Positions 48,821 to 60,498 of a DNA stretch of 64,000 nt are shown one piece after another; the stretch's first letter is position 1; every line of letters begins with the position of its first letter. A program made the position numbers and the translations under genes. Location of the stretch: NCBI GenBank assembly GCA_963691875.1, contig OY829846.1, forward strand, positions 160,001 to 224,000, read 5' to 3'. Source of the stretch: Aureliella sp. GTDB lineage: Bacteria; Planctomycetota; Planctomycetia; Pirellulales; Pirellulaceae. Under the pieces are notes generated by a model. The model was not told the origin of the DNA, did no database searches, and saw only the letters and a program-made list of their open reading frames with translations.

Positions 48821-51175
48821 CTATTTGTTAGGGATCTGGATCTGCACCTGGGAGCAGTATGTCGCACCTGAGTCGCTGCGGTCGACGAGTGTATTGATGA
48901 CTGATTTGATCGAACGTTGCGCTTGACCTTCGAAGATCTTAGCATCGCCTGAGTAGACGGTGAGGGGCTTGTCCAAATCGACAAAGTCGTCGTCGAGAAG
49001 AATGGAGAATTCAGAAACCGTGGACTCGTCGATCCAGAAGTTGTTTCCTTCACGCCGGGCAACGATCTTTGCTCGCCCTTTCTTTTCTTCTGGAGCTACG
49101 TTGAGCCAGTAGAATCGATCGTGTGTCACGTCATCTTGAAGCCAAACGACTTTCTCGGGTGCTCGGGTGCGCTCGAAATTCGCCATCCACTCTACACCCT
49201 TGGCATCTTGCCGATCCATCCAGTGTCCCTTGCCCTCGTGTATTTCGACCCAGTGCTCGTATCCTTCTTCGTCTTCGGTTCTTAGCTTGGCCAGCATCTC
49301 CTTCCACTGCTCTGCTTTTTTGTTTCGGCTGTAGGCGCCATCGTTGGCACCCATGTGTAGCGTGAATGGTAGGTTTCGCAGACCGTCCGGCCTAGTTTCA
49401 TTGGGGTGCCCAGCCATCATTGCTGCCGCAGCCAGTTGGTCAGCCATACGAGGAGCCAGTTGGTAAACGCCGTCACCACCCGCTGAGTATCCGGTGATGT
49501 AGACACGATTGGGATTAACGTCTTCGAAAACGATCATGTTCTCGATCAAGCGAGTGAAGAATGCGTCGATGTGACCTTGATGCCACATGTTCCATGAATC
49601 TGTAGGTGCACGCGGTGCAACGTAGACGCCTTCCTTTAGTTTATAAAGTCGCTTTTGATTGCGCCACTGTCCGTCGTTTACCCGAGCTGGGGCGCCTCCC
49701 CCGCCGTGCATAGAAATGTAAAGGCTGCGGCCTTCGCTCGGTTTCTCTCCATAGATTGTAAAGTCGAATTTCATCTTCAGCTTATCAAGCTGCATTACCT
49801 TAGCATCGTGCTCAGCCTTGCGGGATTCTCGGAGTTTATCTAGGTGGCTTTTTAACAGCAGCGTCTTAGCTTCTGCCGCTTGCTCTTTCGTTAGAGGTTT
49901 GGATGCCCAGTCTTGCTCGGCGAGCTCTTTCAAAGCGGAGCTATTGTCAAGCAAAGCTTCTTTGAGGGATTCGATTGGCGAACCATCACTTGCTTGGGGA
50001 ACGCGAAGCGTTATTGGCGTATCGCGTGCTTCTACCACAACTTTTTCACGAAGAGTACCTGCTCCGGTTCGCAATTCGAGTTGATAAGTTCCTTTTTCAA
50101 GTTCGGCTGTCAGGTGATCATTCATATCAAATGAGTCGTCATGCGTCTTGCCGCGAAACACGACCTTGCCCTCAGAATCTTTCAGCACCAAGTTTGCTTG
50201 GCATCGATTCGGCCCTTTCGCCCCAAGGGTCTTAAATTCTATTGCAAAGAACCCATCCGGCAGAGGTTCTTTTTTCGCGTAGCGTTCCGTCACTTCAACG
50301 CAGTAAATTTCGTTGTCTGGCTTGCGAAAGCGAGACCAAGCCAAAGGAAAGATGGTGTCCGTTCTCTTAAAGCTGGTTGCGAAAATGCCATATCGTTTAT
50401 CTCCTGGCTTTTGCCCTGACGCGCGTCCCACAAACCATCCACGATTTAGCTTGTCACCAGTTGGTTCGGCTGCTCCCGTGAAATGCCAGCCATCATCCCA
50501 GATTTCCACCCATGAATGATTGCCGCTGTTATTGGTCCACATTGGTACGCCAACAAAACGAGCTGGAATGCCACAAGCTCTGCATGCATCAATGAGAAGA
50601 ATTGAAAGACCTGTGCAGGATGCGAGTCCACTTTCCATCGTCTCAGCTGGCCCTTGGTTCGCAGCTCGGCGACGCGTCGAGTACTTGACGCCCAATTCGC
50701 TGAAGACCAGTTGATTGAGTTTCGCGGCGGCGAGACTGGCGGAGCCTAGTTCGCAGATCTTCGGCCAGAACTTCTCTCGCAGCTCCTGTCGAACGTCGTC
50801 ACGCTGCTCGTCAACTGAGGCATAGGGCAAAACATCGTTTAGGAAAATTTGTTCCGGTATCTTATCGCCCCACTTAGCGGCGTCGCGGGCTTCATACGCA
50901 ACGGCAAGGTGGGACAGCAAATAGTCTGCAGAGAGTGACTGTAAATCACGTGTCGGCATGTTCTCGATTAGGAACTGTAAACCCTTCTGCTGCGAAGCTG
51001 GAACTTTTTGGGCAGCGTTGTTGATTTCCTCAGCATTCGCTTCGGCCCGGAGGATGATGTCTTGGCTTAGCTGATATCGCTCAGGTGATGTTGGGGCGTT
51101 GGCGTTAGCTCGCGCACCTACAATGGAGCCTGCGAGGAAACAAATCACTAGGCAGATTCGAATTTGAAATTGCAT
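48821..51175 (-). CDS. Secreted transglutaminase-like plus alpha/beta-hydrolase (esterase) protein
   Basis: ASCTGLS...NHSWVE.W; HGGG and GYSAGG. Confidence 0.85.
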   Translation of the reverse strand: MQFQIRICLVICFLAGSIVGARANANAPTSPERYQLSQDIILRAEANAEEINNAAQKVPASQQKGLQFLIENMPTRDLQSLSADYLLSHLAVAYEARDAAKWGDKIPEQIFLNDVLPYASVDEQRDDVRQELREKFWPKICELGSASLAAAKLNQLVFSELGVKYSTRRRAANQGPAETMESGLASCTGLSILLIDACRACGIPARFVGVPMWTNNSGNHSWVEIWDDGWHFTGAAEPTGDKLNRGWFVGRASGQKPGDKRYGIFATSFKRTDTIFPLAWSRFRKPDNEIYCVEVTERYAKKEPLPDGFFAIEFKTLGAKGPNRCQANLVLKDSEGKVVFRGKTHDDSFDMNDHLTAELEKGTYQLELRTGAGTLREKVVVEARDTPITLRVPQASDGSPIESLKEALLDNSSALKELAEQDWASKPLTKEQAAEAKTLLLKSHLDKLRESRKAEHDAKVMQLDKLKMKFDFTIYGEKPSEGRSLYISMHGGGGAPARVNDGQWRNQKRLYKLKEGVYVAPRAPTDSWNMWHQGHIDAFFTRLIENMIVFEDVNPNRVYITGYSAGGDGVYQLAPRMADQLAAAAMMAGHPNETRPDGLRNLPFTLHMGANDGAYSRNKKAEQWKEMLAKLRTEDEEGYEHWVEIHEGKGHWMDRQDAKGVEWMANFERTRAPEKVVWLQDDVTHDRFYWLNVAPEEKKGRAKIVARREGNNFWIDESTVSEFSILLDDDFVDLDKPLTVYSGDAKIFEGQAQRSIKSVINTLVDRSDSGATYCSQVQIQIPNK

Positions 51176-51531
51176 GCTAGGGCTTCTTACTTAGTTGTGT
51201 CAGATTCGCAAGCAATTATCGTTCGTGAACGCCGAGTTTCCAATAGCAACACAGATTACGATAAAGTTACAGATATTGGGCCTGGCAGAGGCTCGCGTTA
51301 TGCATAATTAGTATCTGTAGGTACCGTTTGAGCTGCATGGCGGTAGGGGATTCCGTTCTTAGAACGGCAAATGACGAGTATGCCGACAGGCTAGGCCTGA
51401 CGCCTTACGGCGGTGCGGCTCACTCGGACAGTAGCCCGACGCCTTGCAGAGACAGGACGCACAAAGACAATAGACAGCTCGCGCTAGTCGCTCGTTCGTT
51501 TCTTAGTTGCTCAATACGATTGAGGCCAGTA

Positions 51532-52779
51532 ATGCACAGAATGAATCATCTGAGTCGCCGGCGGCTTCTGCAAGGAACTGGCATTGCCTTGGCTCTTCCG
51601 GCGTTCGAAAGCGTAGCGGGCGGCAGCACAAAAGATGCCGAGCCGCCTAAGCGTTTGGTTTGTGTTGGCAATCATCTCGGGTTCTATCCTGGCAACTTCT
51701 TTCCTCAACTTAGTGGAAAAGACTATGTTGCGACCTCAACACTAGAACCTCTCGAGAATCATCGTGACGATCTGACGGTCTTTTCCAATCTGGATCACGG
51801 TCTCAATGGAGGGCACAAAGCCGTCGAAGGGTTCTTGACAGGAATTAAGAAAGCGGAAGCGGCTGGATTTCCGAGGAAGAATATTTCACTGGACCAAGTC
51901 GCCGCAGAGCACGTGGGCAGTGCGACGCGTTTCCCTTCGATCCATACTGGCATTGCTGAAGGCACGGATATGTGTTGGACGGGTTCCGGAGTCCGCATTC
52001 CGCCTGTAAGTAATCCCGCGCAGTTGTTTCGTGCACTGTTCGTCGGCTCGCCGAAAAGTCAGCTTGAAGAGCAAAGAAAGCAGCTGATGCATCGAGAAAG
52101 TGTCCTCGACGCACTGCGGGATTCAGCGGCGACGCTCCAACGCACTCTGAATGCAGCGGATCGTCAGAAGCTTGATCAGTATTTGACTTCAGTTCGTGAT
52201 GTCGAGAGGCGATTGCGCATGTCGCAAGAGTGGCTCGACCGTGCAAAGCCAGAATCGCCGATCAAAGAGATCCGTGATGAAGAACGACAGCACATCGATG
52301 AAGTGGCATTGCTTTACGATTTGATCGCACTCGCTTTGCAAACAGATTCAACGCGGGTTGCGACACTCGAGACTGGACTAGGTTTTCGCACCTCCGAACT
52401 CGATTTGGGGAGTTACCACGGGCTTTCGCATCACGGCAAGTCGTCCGGTCGTATTGGGCAACTGCAAGTCATTGAATCTTTCCTGACTCAAAAACTCAGT
52501 GACTTCATTACCCGGCTCAAGGAGGCTGCAGTCTTTAAGGATACGCTGATCGTGTTTGGCAGCGGTATGAGTGATGGGTCGAGTCATAGCAATCGAAATC
52601 TCCCGGTCCTGCTTGCTGGCGGTGGCTTTGAGCATCGGGGGCATGTGGTTTGCCCGCGCGAGCAATACCGCCGACTGCCGCTATGCAACCTTTGGCTCTC
52701 GGTCTTGCAGTGGTTTGGGGTCGAGGCGGAGGAGTTTGGCCGTAGCACGGGCACGTTTTCTCCAATGCAGATTGGTTAA
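51532..52779 (+). CDS. DUF1552-family protein
   Basis: SRRRLLQG.G.ALALP, SLDQ.AA, DSTRV, YH.LSHH, NLP.LLAGG. Confidence 0.85.
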   Translation: MHRMNHLSRRRLLQGTGIALALPAFESVAGGSTKDAEPPKRLVCVGNHLGFYPGNFFPQLSGKDYVATSTLEPLENHRDDLTVFSNLDHGLNGGHKAVEGFLTGIKKAEAAGFPRKNISLDQVAAEHVGSATRFPSIHTGIAEGTDMCWTGSGVRIPPVSNPAQLFRALFVGSPKSQLEEQRKQLMHRESVLDALRDSAATLQRTLNAADRQKLDQYLTSVRDVERRLRMSQEWLDRAKPESPIKEIRDEERQHIDEVALLYDLIALALQTDSTRVATLETGLGFRTSELDLGSYHGLSHHGKSSGRIGQLQVIESFLTQKLSDFITRLKEAAVFKDTLIVFGSGMSDGSSHSNRNLPVLLAGGGFEHRGHVVCPREQYRRLPLCNLWLSVLQWFGVEAEEFGRSTGTFSPMQIG

Positions 52780-53374
52780 TGTTTTGAGTTGCGAAATGCA
52801 TTCGCGAACCGAAGAGTTAGCAAGATAGGGGGCCTCACTCACGCTTTGATTCGTGTATGTCAAGACCTCGTCTACGCTCCTGGCTGTAATAAGGCACTGG
52901 GAAGCGAGGGCTACTCGCCCGGAACGATTGAATTCAGGAGAACGTGCAGGGCGTGCTTCGAGCAAAATTGTCCCCTGCCCCGAGCATTGCTGCGGGCAAA
53001 AGCTTGCCATTTCTTTAATTCATGCGGATAGTGAGCGATGAACTTCGTCGTTTGTTTGGGCTAAATTGCTTGTGGCCAGCGGCTTCAGTCTCTGAATCTT
53101 GTTGCGGTGCGCACACTGAAAATTCAGCTTTAATGCTACTTGCCAATTCAATGCCCCTGCTTGGGGTCGTATTCGGCCGGAGAGTAAGCTCTTATTTGCC
53201 AAGAGCTAAAGTGGATCAAGATTGAAACTTTGATTTGCCCTGGGCTAGCAATTCGACCGAACCTGCGACAAACTAACGGGTGGTAAATTTTGCCTTTTTG
53301 GGCAAAGCTGCGCGCTCGGTATGTGGGACGACGTGCGTGAAGAAGGAATCACTACGCCAAGTTAGGGAAGCTGC

Positions 53375-54430
53375 ATGGCTCTGGAGAATGGAGAACAGGC
53401 GGTTACGTCTGATGCGATAGATAAGCTGCAAGCGGCTCGAGAGCGGATCATGCAGCAGCTTGGCAAAGTCATTGTCGGCCAGCAAGATGTGGTCGAAGAA
53501 TTGCTGATCAGTGTCTTCAGCAGAGGGCATTGCATGCTGGAGGGTGTACCAGGGCTGGCAAAGACCTTGATGATTAGCACTCTTGCAAGAACTCTTAGCC
53601 TATCCTTCAGCCGGATTCAATTCACGCCTGACTTGATGCCGGCCGACATCACCGGTACCGAAGTCATCGAAGAAAAGCCGGGTGGCGGTCTCGATCGACG
53701 CTTTATGGAAGGCCCACTCTTTGCCAATGTGATCTTGGCTGACGAGATCAACCGTACTCCTCCGAAGACCCAGGCCGCATTGCTGGAGGCGATGCAGGAG
53801 CGACAAGTCACGGTTGGACGAGTGCGGCACCAACTCAGCGATCCGTTCTTTGTCCTTGCGACGCAGAACCCCATTGAGCAAGAAGGTACCTATCCATTGC
53901 CTGAAGCTCAACAAGACCGATTCATGTTCAAGGTTCTGGTTGACTATCCGAACTTTGACGATGAGTTCGAAGTTGCCAAGAGGACGACGGCAAAGTTGGA
54001 CGCGAATGTAGAACCGGTTTTGGGCGCTGAGGAGATTCTGCAGTTGCAAGACTTAGTTCGGAGCGTCCCGGTTGCGGATCACATCATTCGGTATGCACTT
54101 GCAATCATTCGTCAAACACGAGTGGGTAGCGAAGGCGTTCCTGAGTTTGTCGCAGATCAAGTTGGCTGGGGCGCTGGCCCTCGAGCAGTCCAATTCTTGA
54201 TTCTGGGTGGGAAGGCCCGAGCTTTGCTCAATGGCCGAACTCATGTGACCGTCGAAGATATCCAGGCATTGTGTCGCCCCGTCTTGCGGCACCGCATGGT
54301 CGTGACTTTTGCTGCTGAAAGTGACGGAATCACCACCGATGACGTTATTGATCGCTTGGTCCAGGAAACACCTTCCTCAGAAGATGAGCTAACACGCGAT
54401 GCCCGCTTCCAAAAGATTTTTGCCTCCTGA
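53375..54430 (+). CDS. moxR: MoxR-family AAA+ ATPase
   Basis: [49 protein letters not shown]. Confidence 0.96.
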   Translation: MALENGEQAVTSDAIDKLQAARERIMQQLGKVIVGQQDVVEELLISVFSRGHCMLEGVPGLAKTLMISTLARTLSLSFSRIQFTPDLMPADITGTEVIEEKPGGGLDRRFMEGPLFANVILADEINRTPPKTQAALLEAMQERQVTVGRVRHQLSDPFFVLATQNPIEQEGTYPLPEAQQDRFMFKVLVDYPNFDDEFEVAKRTTAKLDANVEPVLGAEEILQLQDLVRSVPVADHIIRYALAIIRQTRVGSEGVPEFVADQVGWGAGPRAVQFLILGGKARALLNGRTHVTVEDIQALCRPVLRHRMVVTFAAESDGITTDDVIDRLVQETPSSEDELTRDARFQKIFAS

Positions 54431-55298
54431 GGCAGTCAAGCGGGTTCAACGGCTTGAGTTGAAGGCTCGGCATGTCGTCGAAGGCTTTCTATCTGGTTCA
54501 CATCGCAGTCCGTATTTTGGCCAGTCCGTCGAGTTTGTGCAGCACCGCCAGTACGTGGCAGGTGACGATGTGCGCCACGTGGATTGGAAAGTCTGGGCTC
54601 GACAAGATCGATTGGTCATCAAGCAATACGAAGAAGATACAAACCTCAGGTGCTCTTTGCTGCTCGATAGCTCGGCCAGCATGGATTATGGTGTAGGCGA
54701 TGCAAACAAATTCGAATATGCAAGTACGTTAGCTGCCTGCCTCGGATTGTTAGTGCTTCGACAGCAAGATGCGGTCGGAAGTGCGATGTTTGACAACAAG
54801 ATTCGCACTCGAATTCCTCTTCGCACAAGCCAGAGGCACCTCACGGATTTGCTCAGCTCCTTCGAAAATACTTCGCCTGCAGACAAGACGGAATTGGACG
54901 GAGTCTTTAAAGATGTCGTGCAAACGTTTCCGAAACGCGGGCTCATGGTGCTAATCAGCGACCTCTTGGGGGCCGAGGAGAGCTCCTTGAGAGGGATCAA
55001 CACACTTCGCAAGGCTGGTCACGATGTCATGGTGCTCCACGTGTTGCATGACGATGAACTCGATTTCCCATTTGCTGATCCAACCCGATTTGACGGCTTG
55101 GAAACGAGCGATCATCTCACTTGCAACCCGCGGGCGCTGCGAGAAGGTTATTTGGAGGCTCTGGAGAAGTTCTTGGATCGCGTTCGACGTGCGTGCGCGG
55201 CATCGAAGAGTGACTATCTCTTAGTGCGAACGAGCGATGCGCCGGATGCCGTTCTGGCAAAGATTCTGAGTGATCGTATGCAGACGGTTCGCAGGTAA
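54399..55298 (+). CDS. DUF58 protein
   Basis: G.HRS...G.S.EF..HR.Y..GDD.R..DWK; D.S.SM. Confidence 0.93.
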   Translation: MPASKRFLPPEAVKRVQRLELKARHVVEGFLSGSHRSPYFGQSVEFVQHRQYVAGDDVRHVDWKVWARQDRLVIKQYEEDTNLRCSLLLDSSASMDYGVGDANKFEYASTLAACLGLLVLRQQDAVGSAMFDNKIRTRIPLRTSQRHLTDLLSSFENTSPADKTELDGVFKDVVQTFPKRGLMVLISDLLGAEESSLRGINTLRKAGHDVMVLHVLHDDELDFPFADPTRFDGLETSDHLTCNPRALREGYLEALEKFLDRVRRACAASKSDYLLVRTSDAPDAVLAKILSDRMQTVRR

Positions 55299-55330
55299 CG
55301 AGATTAGTAAGGAGTCTACGAGCAAGCGTC

Positions 55331-57664
55331 ATGCAGTTTCTTTTTCAGCCACTAACTTGGGGATTCGTGCTGGTCGGTGTACCGATATTGATACACCTGA
55401 TCAACATGCTGCGCCATCGCAAAGTGCGTTGGGCGGCCATGGATTTCCTGCTTGAAAGCCACAAGCGTAATCGTCGCTGGGTTATGCTTAAGCAATGGTT
55501 GCTGCTCGCATCGAGAATGCTCGCCATGTTCCTGCTTGTGACTCTCTTGGCCAAGTGGATCAGCGGCTCGCAGTGGTTGGCTTGGCTTGGTGGTCAAACA
55601 ACGCATCACTATGTATTGATCGACGACAGCTATTCGATGGCGTCCACCAGCGAGGATCAGGCTGCCTATGATCGGGCGTTGGCAGCAACAACCGGGCTGG
55701 TTAAGTCGATTGCTAATCAGCCAGGGCAGCATCAACTTACGCTGGTCCGTTGGAGTCGCGCGGCTCTTGCACTGCGCCAGGACGGGGAAACTGCGAGGAT
55801 GGATGTCGCAGCAGACCTGCTCGGCCAAAGTGTTTCACAAAATCCAGAGTCGCTGTTGGAACGTATTAATGCTTCTGAGCCGACTTCGCTTTCTTTGGCA
55901 CCAGAAGAAGTAATCGAACTTGTAACGCCGCTTGTCGCGGAGAACTCAGAGCAAACAAGCAAGGTTTACCTTGTCTCAGATTTGCGGCGAAACGAGTTTG
56001 GTGAGCCGGACTCGCTCAAAAATCAGCTCCAAGGACTTGTCCAAAACTCAGCTGAGATTCATCTTGTCGACTGTGCGGTGGACCAGCAGAAGAATTTGTC
56101 GTTGGTTTCAATTGAGCCTGAGAAAGGTGTTTGGTCTGCGGGTGTGCCGCTCATGGTGCGTTTCCAAGTTCGAAATCGACAGGAGCAAGTTGCCAACAGT
56201 GTTGTGGTTCGACTCAAAGCGGTCACATACGCTGAAAAGACTGCGAAGCCCCAAGTCGATCAGCCCTATTCGGGAGAAGTTCTGAATTTGCCAGCGGTGG
56301 TGATTGATCAGATTGCACCGGGTGAGACTGTCACCCGCCAGACGCAAGTGATCTTTGGCGTGCCCGGTTATCACGTGGTCGAAGCATCCTTGGAGGCAGA
56401 CACTCTTGCGACCGACAATCGTCGTTGGTGTTCGCTGGAGATCAAGGACAGTCAAAATATCTTGGTCGTTGATGGTGACGTCGACCAAAGGAATGCATTT
56501 TACCTGGAAAACGTCTTTAATCCGAATCCGCAACTCGCAACCGGCCTGCAGTTGGAAAAGCAGGATACTTCCTATCTGCGAGATGTTGCGCCCGAGCGAT
56601 TGTCCGAGTTCGATGTGGTAGCTTTGCTGGATGTGCCTCGGATGGATCCCCAGGCGGTTGCAAAGCTGGAAGATTTCGCGCGAGATGGCGGCGGGATCTT
56701 TCTGGTGGCTGGGAAAAATACGAATCTGAAATTTTCCAACGAATCCTTGTACCGTGATGGCAAAGGATTGCTGCCAGCGGAGCTCAAGGAAATTGTTTCC
56801 TACTCAGAATCCCTGGACCCGGGGCAACCGCAGGTTGTCGGGACGGAACATCCGGTGCTGGGACCACTGATGCAGTTGGAAGCATCGCCATTCGGTCTTA
56901 TCCGCGTACGGCAGATGATTGGAATCGGTGATTGGGATTCGCCCGGCGTGGAAGTCGTTGCGAACGGTCCTGGCGGCCGGCCGATTTTGATTGACTCTCC
57001 ATTCGAGCGTGGTCGAGTTCTCACTTTACTCACTGGATTCAGCAACGATTGGAGCAACTGGGTTTCTGACCCGACCTTTGTCGTCATGATGCTGCGTTCG
57101 ATGGGCTATTTGGGCAACGCTCGCAAACCACCGACTTCGCGGCCAGTGGGGAGCGAGATTGAGATGGTGCTGACGAATACCACCGTTCTTCCAGAGGCAG
57201 AGGTGATCGTGCCAGCTCGTGGGGAAGGAATTCGAGTGCGTTTGCCTCGTGAAGTGGAAACCACCAGCGATGCCCAGACGGTTTCTCGTCTGAATCTCGC
57301 CATTGATTTGAGCGGTGCGGATCGCAATTTGACGGATAGTATTCTGCGCCCAGGTATTTTTGAGGCGTGGATGACGGATGCTCAAGGGAATCAGGTTGTT
57401 CGATGCTTTGCTCGTAATGTCTCGGCAGCCGAAGGCAACCTAGAAGTTATTCCTCACGCCGAATTGACCCGGAAACTGGGTGGAATCCCACATGAGATTG
57501 AGAATGCGGAAGCCCTCAGCAACTTGGCCAGCAGCACACAGGATTCCGCACAAAGCAACTTTTTGATGGTGTTGCTAGTATTGCTCCTTCTCGGAGAACA
57601 AGCCTTAGCCTACTCTGCCAGTTATCATGCTCCAGCTTCCTCGCTTACCGGAGGACGATCATGA
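55331..57664 (+). CDS. BatA-domain / vWA membrane protein
   Basis: VPILIHL...WAAMDFL...LLL..R; DDSYSM MIDAS. Confidence 0.88.
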   Translation: MQFLFQPLTWGFVLVGVPILIHLINMLRHRKVRWAAMDFLLESHKRNRRWVMLKQWLLLASRMLAMFLLVTLLAKWISGSQWLAWLGGQTTHHYVLIDDSYSMASTSEDQAAYDRALAATTGLVKSIANQPGQHQLTLVRWSRAALALRQDGETARMDVAADLLGQSVSQNPESLLERINASEPTSLSLAPEEVIELVTPLVAENSEQTSKVYLVSDLRRNEFGEPDSLKNQLQGLVQNSAEIHLVDCAVDQQKNLSLVSIEPEKGVWSAGVPLMVRFQVRNRQEQVANSVVVRLKAVTYAEKTAKPQVDQPYSGEVLNLPAVVIDQIAPGETVTRQTQVIFGVPGYHVVEASLEADTLATDNRRWCSLEIKDSQNILVVDGDVDQRNAFYLENVFNPNPQLATGLQLEKQDTSYLRDVAPERLSEFDVVALLDVPRMDPQAVAKLEDFARDGGGIFLVAGKNTNLKFSNESLYRDGKGLLPAELKEIVSYSESLDPGQPQVVGTEHPVLGPLMQLEASPFGLIRVRQMIGIGDWDSPGVEVVANGPGGRPILIDSPFERGRVLTLLTGFSNDWSNWVSDPTFVVMMLRSMGYLGNARKPPTSRPVGSEIEMVLTNTTVLPEAEVIVPARGEGIRVRLPREVETTSDAQTVSRLNLAIDLSGADRNLTDSILRPGIFEAWMTDAQGNQVVRCFARNVSAAEGNLEVIPHAELTRKLGGIPHEIENAEALSNLASSTQDSAQSNFLMVLLVLLLLGEQALAYSASYHAPASSLTGGRS

Positions 57665-60468
57665 TGACGATAAGTGAGGCTTTGCCGTGGAATGAAGCTC
57701 TTCCGGTGGGCCAAACTAGGATCATTTACCAGTGGTTGAGGATCGAGCAGCTGAGTGATTGGTGGCATTGGTTGCTGGTCGTCAGTATTTGCACCGCAAT
57801 ACTGGGCTATGTTCTCTTTTGGTATCGCCGTGACTCAGCGGAGCAGCATCGTCCGGTTGGCTGGACACTAATGATGTTCCGCATTGCAGCGCTCATTGGG
57901 CTTCTGCTCTTCTTTCTCCAGCTTGAAAAACGTTCTGAGCAGCGAGTTGTGCGTGATTCGCGTGTTGCCGTACTTGTTGATACTTCGATGAGTATGTCGC
58001 TACCTGGAACGCCCTCATCTGTTGGTGTAACGAATACGCTTAGTCGTGCTGAGGAAGCGAAACGATTGATTGCTGACTCGGAGTTTCTGCGGGAGTTGTC
58101 TGCTGGACACCAGGTGAGCGTGTATCGCTTTGATGATGATGCCAAACCATCGTCGGTGGCGGCGGTTGAGAAGATTCAAGATCGAGGTGATATGTCGGTT
58201 GAGCTCGTTTCGACGGGTTCTGAGCAACAAACGATCATTCGGGAGATGCAACTGCTTGGTCGGATCGCGATTATCCTCTGTGCGGTTGCATTGGTAGGAA
58301 TTTGCTTGCCCATCGGTGCACAGGTCGTTGGAATTCGCGAATGGTTTTTGGGCAGCTGGATGCTTTTTCTTTCGAGCGTTGCTGGATTGGTAAGTTTGAT
58401 TTGCGGCGCCGTCGCCGTCGTGCCGAACACTGAGTTCTCTCTGGCCTCCACGCTTGGACTGGAGGAGGCAAAGCCCATCGGAAGAGACGACTTAGAGGAA
58501 GAAGCAGCGGAGAGGGTTTCTGTACCGGATGATTGGCAACTGGCACTTTCGCCGAGCGGCACGGAATCGCGACTCGGTGATGCCGTGAAGTTTGTCTTGG
58601 AACGCGAAGCTAGCAATCCTCTGGCCGGAATTATTCTGCTGACTGACGGACGCAACAATGCTGGATTTGATCCCAAAGCTGTGTTGCCGATGACCCAGAT
58701 TTCACGGGTGCCACTGTTTGTCATAGGGCTGGGGTCTGCTGAGCGTCCGAAGAACATCGAGCTGGTCGAAATCGATGCACCGAAAAGAGTTTATCCTGGC
58801 GACCGTTTCACGTTGAAAGGCTTGCTGGGCTCGAATGGATTTGATGGAGAGTCTGTCGACTTACAAGTCCTCAGTGGGCCGGTAGATGCTGAGCTGGATC
58901 AGCTGTCGATAGAAGATGAAACGCAAGTCACGCTTCAAGATGGAACTGAGCTGCAGGACGTTGAGTTTCAATTGGAGCCCAAGCCAGTTGGCGAGTGGCA
59001 GTATGCTTTGCGAATTAACACAACGCTTCCAGACAGTGTCGAAAAAGACAACGTGAAGTTGATCAAGATCGAGGTGGTCGAGCGCAAGAATCGAGTGCTC
59101 ATCATTGCGGGTGGGCCTATGCGTGAGTATCAATTCGTCCGGAATCTACTGTATCGTGATCGTGATGTCGAAAGTCACGTATTGCTGCAGTCCGGATCTG
59201 ATCGTAGCTCTCAAGAGTCGCAGAAGTTGCTCTCAGAATTCCCTGCAGATATTCAAGCGTTATCGGAATACGACGCGGTTATCAGCTTTGATGCGGACTG
59301 GACGCAGATTCCGGACGCAAGCGTATTGGCATTAGAACGCTGGGTCGCTGAGCAAGCTGGTGGCTTCATCTTGGTTGCCGGAAGCGTTGAGATGCCCAAG
59401 TGGGTAGCGCGCTCGGCGACAGGCGTACGGTCTCAGCTTTTGCGTTCGCTTTCACCGGTAGTTCTGAAGAAGACCGGAAGTGCTTTGTTAGCGAGTGGTC
59501 GAGTTACAGGTCAGGAGGCTTGGCCGTTGAAGCTCTCGTCGGACGGTGCTCAGGCGGAGTACCTTTGGATGACCGACGAAGCCAAAAGCAGTTTGGATTT
59601 GTGGCAGGATTTTGAAGGAGTCTACAGCTTCTTTGCTGCCTATGAACTCAAGCCAGGTGCGAAGGCACTCATGCGCTACTCCGATCCGACCACTGCTATC
59701 GATGGTCAGCAGCCGGTTTACATGGCAAGTCAGTTTTATGGAGCTGGGCGAACGCTGTTTCTTGGTGGTGGCGAGTTGTGGAGAATCCGTGCCTCAGGCG
59801 ATTTTTACTTTGATCGACTCTACACGAAGTTGGTTCGTTGGGTGTCGCAAGGGCGATTGCTACTTGACTCGGATCGTGGAGTCTTGCTTGTTGATCGCGA
59901 GCAAGCGTTACTTGGCGATACCATCATGGTTCGTGCAGTACTTAAAGATGAACGCTTCGAACCGTTGGTGCAGACAGAAGTTGTACCTCGTTTGCTCGAT
60001 CCGCAAGGTGGGAATAGGCCACTCGTTTTACGGCCTATGGCAGATGGATCGCAGCCAGGTGTCTACACAGGACAGTTTCCTGTGCTTCGTCCGGGCGAGT
60101 ATTCCGTTCAATTGCAGCTTGGCGGTCTGGCCTCTGATGAGGTATTGCTGGCGGCGGTCAAAGCTAAAGTTCCGGCATTGGAGATGCAGCGTGCAGAACG
60201 CAATGATACTCTTTTGAAGCAGCTGGCCGCAGATTCAGGAGGCCGATACTGGGCCGGCGTTGAATCTGCGGTTTCAAATGGAGTTGGTCCCGATGGGCAG
60301 ACAGAGACCAACATTGTCGATGCAATAGAGCCTCAAGACCAGATCGCATATCTGCCGGGTGCCCCGGACAGCGTTTTCCAGCTTCGCTGGTTAGGATGGT
60401 TGATGACTTGGATTGCAAGTTGCCTGTGCCTGGAATGGTTGATACGCCGCATACATCGCCTCGCATAA
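57661..60468 (+). CDS. vWA / glutamine-amidotransferase-like membrane protein of the MoxR operon
   Basis: DTSMSM, LLTDGRNN, C-terminal LEWLIRR. Confidence 0.82.
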   Translation: MMTISEALPWNEALPVGQTRIIYQWLRIEQLSDWWHWLLVVSICTAILGYVLFWYRRDSAEQHRPVGWTLMMFRIAALIGLLLFFLQLEKRSEQRVVRDSRVAVLVDTSMSMSLPGTPSSVGVTNTLSRAEEAKRLIADSEFLRELSAGHQVSVYRFDDDAKPSSVAAVEKIQDRGDMSVELVSTGSEQQTIIREMQLLGRIAIILCAVALVGICLPIGAQVVGIREWFLGSWMLFLSSVAGLVSLICGAVAVVPNTEFSLASTLGLEEAKPIGRDDLEEEAAERVSVPDDWQLALSPSGTESRLGDAVKFVLEREASNPLAGIILLTDGRNNAGFDPKAVLPMTQISRVPLFVIGLGSAERPKNIELVEIDAPKRVYPGDRFTLKGLLGSNGFDGESVDLQVLSGPVDAELDQLSIEDETQVTLQDGTELQDVEFQLEPKPVGEWQYALRINTTLPDSVEKDNVKLIKIEVVERKNRVLIIAGGPMREYQFVRNLLYRDRDVESHVLLQSGSDRSSQESQKLLSEFPADIQALSEYDAVISFDADWTQIPDASVLALERWVAEQAGGFILVAGSVEMPKWVARSATGVRSQLLRSLSPVVLKKTGSALLASGRVTGQEAWPLKLSSDGAQAEYLWMTDEAKSSLDLWQDFEGVYSFFAAYELKPGAKALMRYSDPTTAIDGQQPVYMASQFYGAGRTLFLGGGELWRIRASGDFYFDRLYTKLVRWVSQGRLLLDSDRGVLLVDREQALLGDTIMVRAVLKDERFEPLVQTEVVPRLLDPQGGNRPLVLRPMADGSQPGVYTGQFPVLRPGEYSVQLQLGGLASDEVLLAAVKAKVPALEMQRAERNDTLLKQLAADSGGRYWAGVESAVSNGVGPDGQTETNIVDAIEPQDQIAYLPGAPDSVFQLRWLGWLMTWIASCLCLEWLIRRIHRLA

Positions 60469-60498
60469 GATTGCTCTCTGAGGAATGAGTACAAGATC

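Noticed and set aside
51383..51411. REP-like element (GACAGGCTAGGCCTGACGCCTTACGGC)
   Set aside because: Single copy in the window, so repeat status cannot be shown
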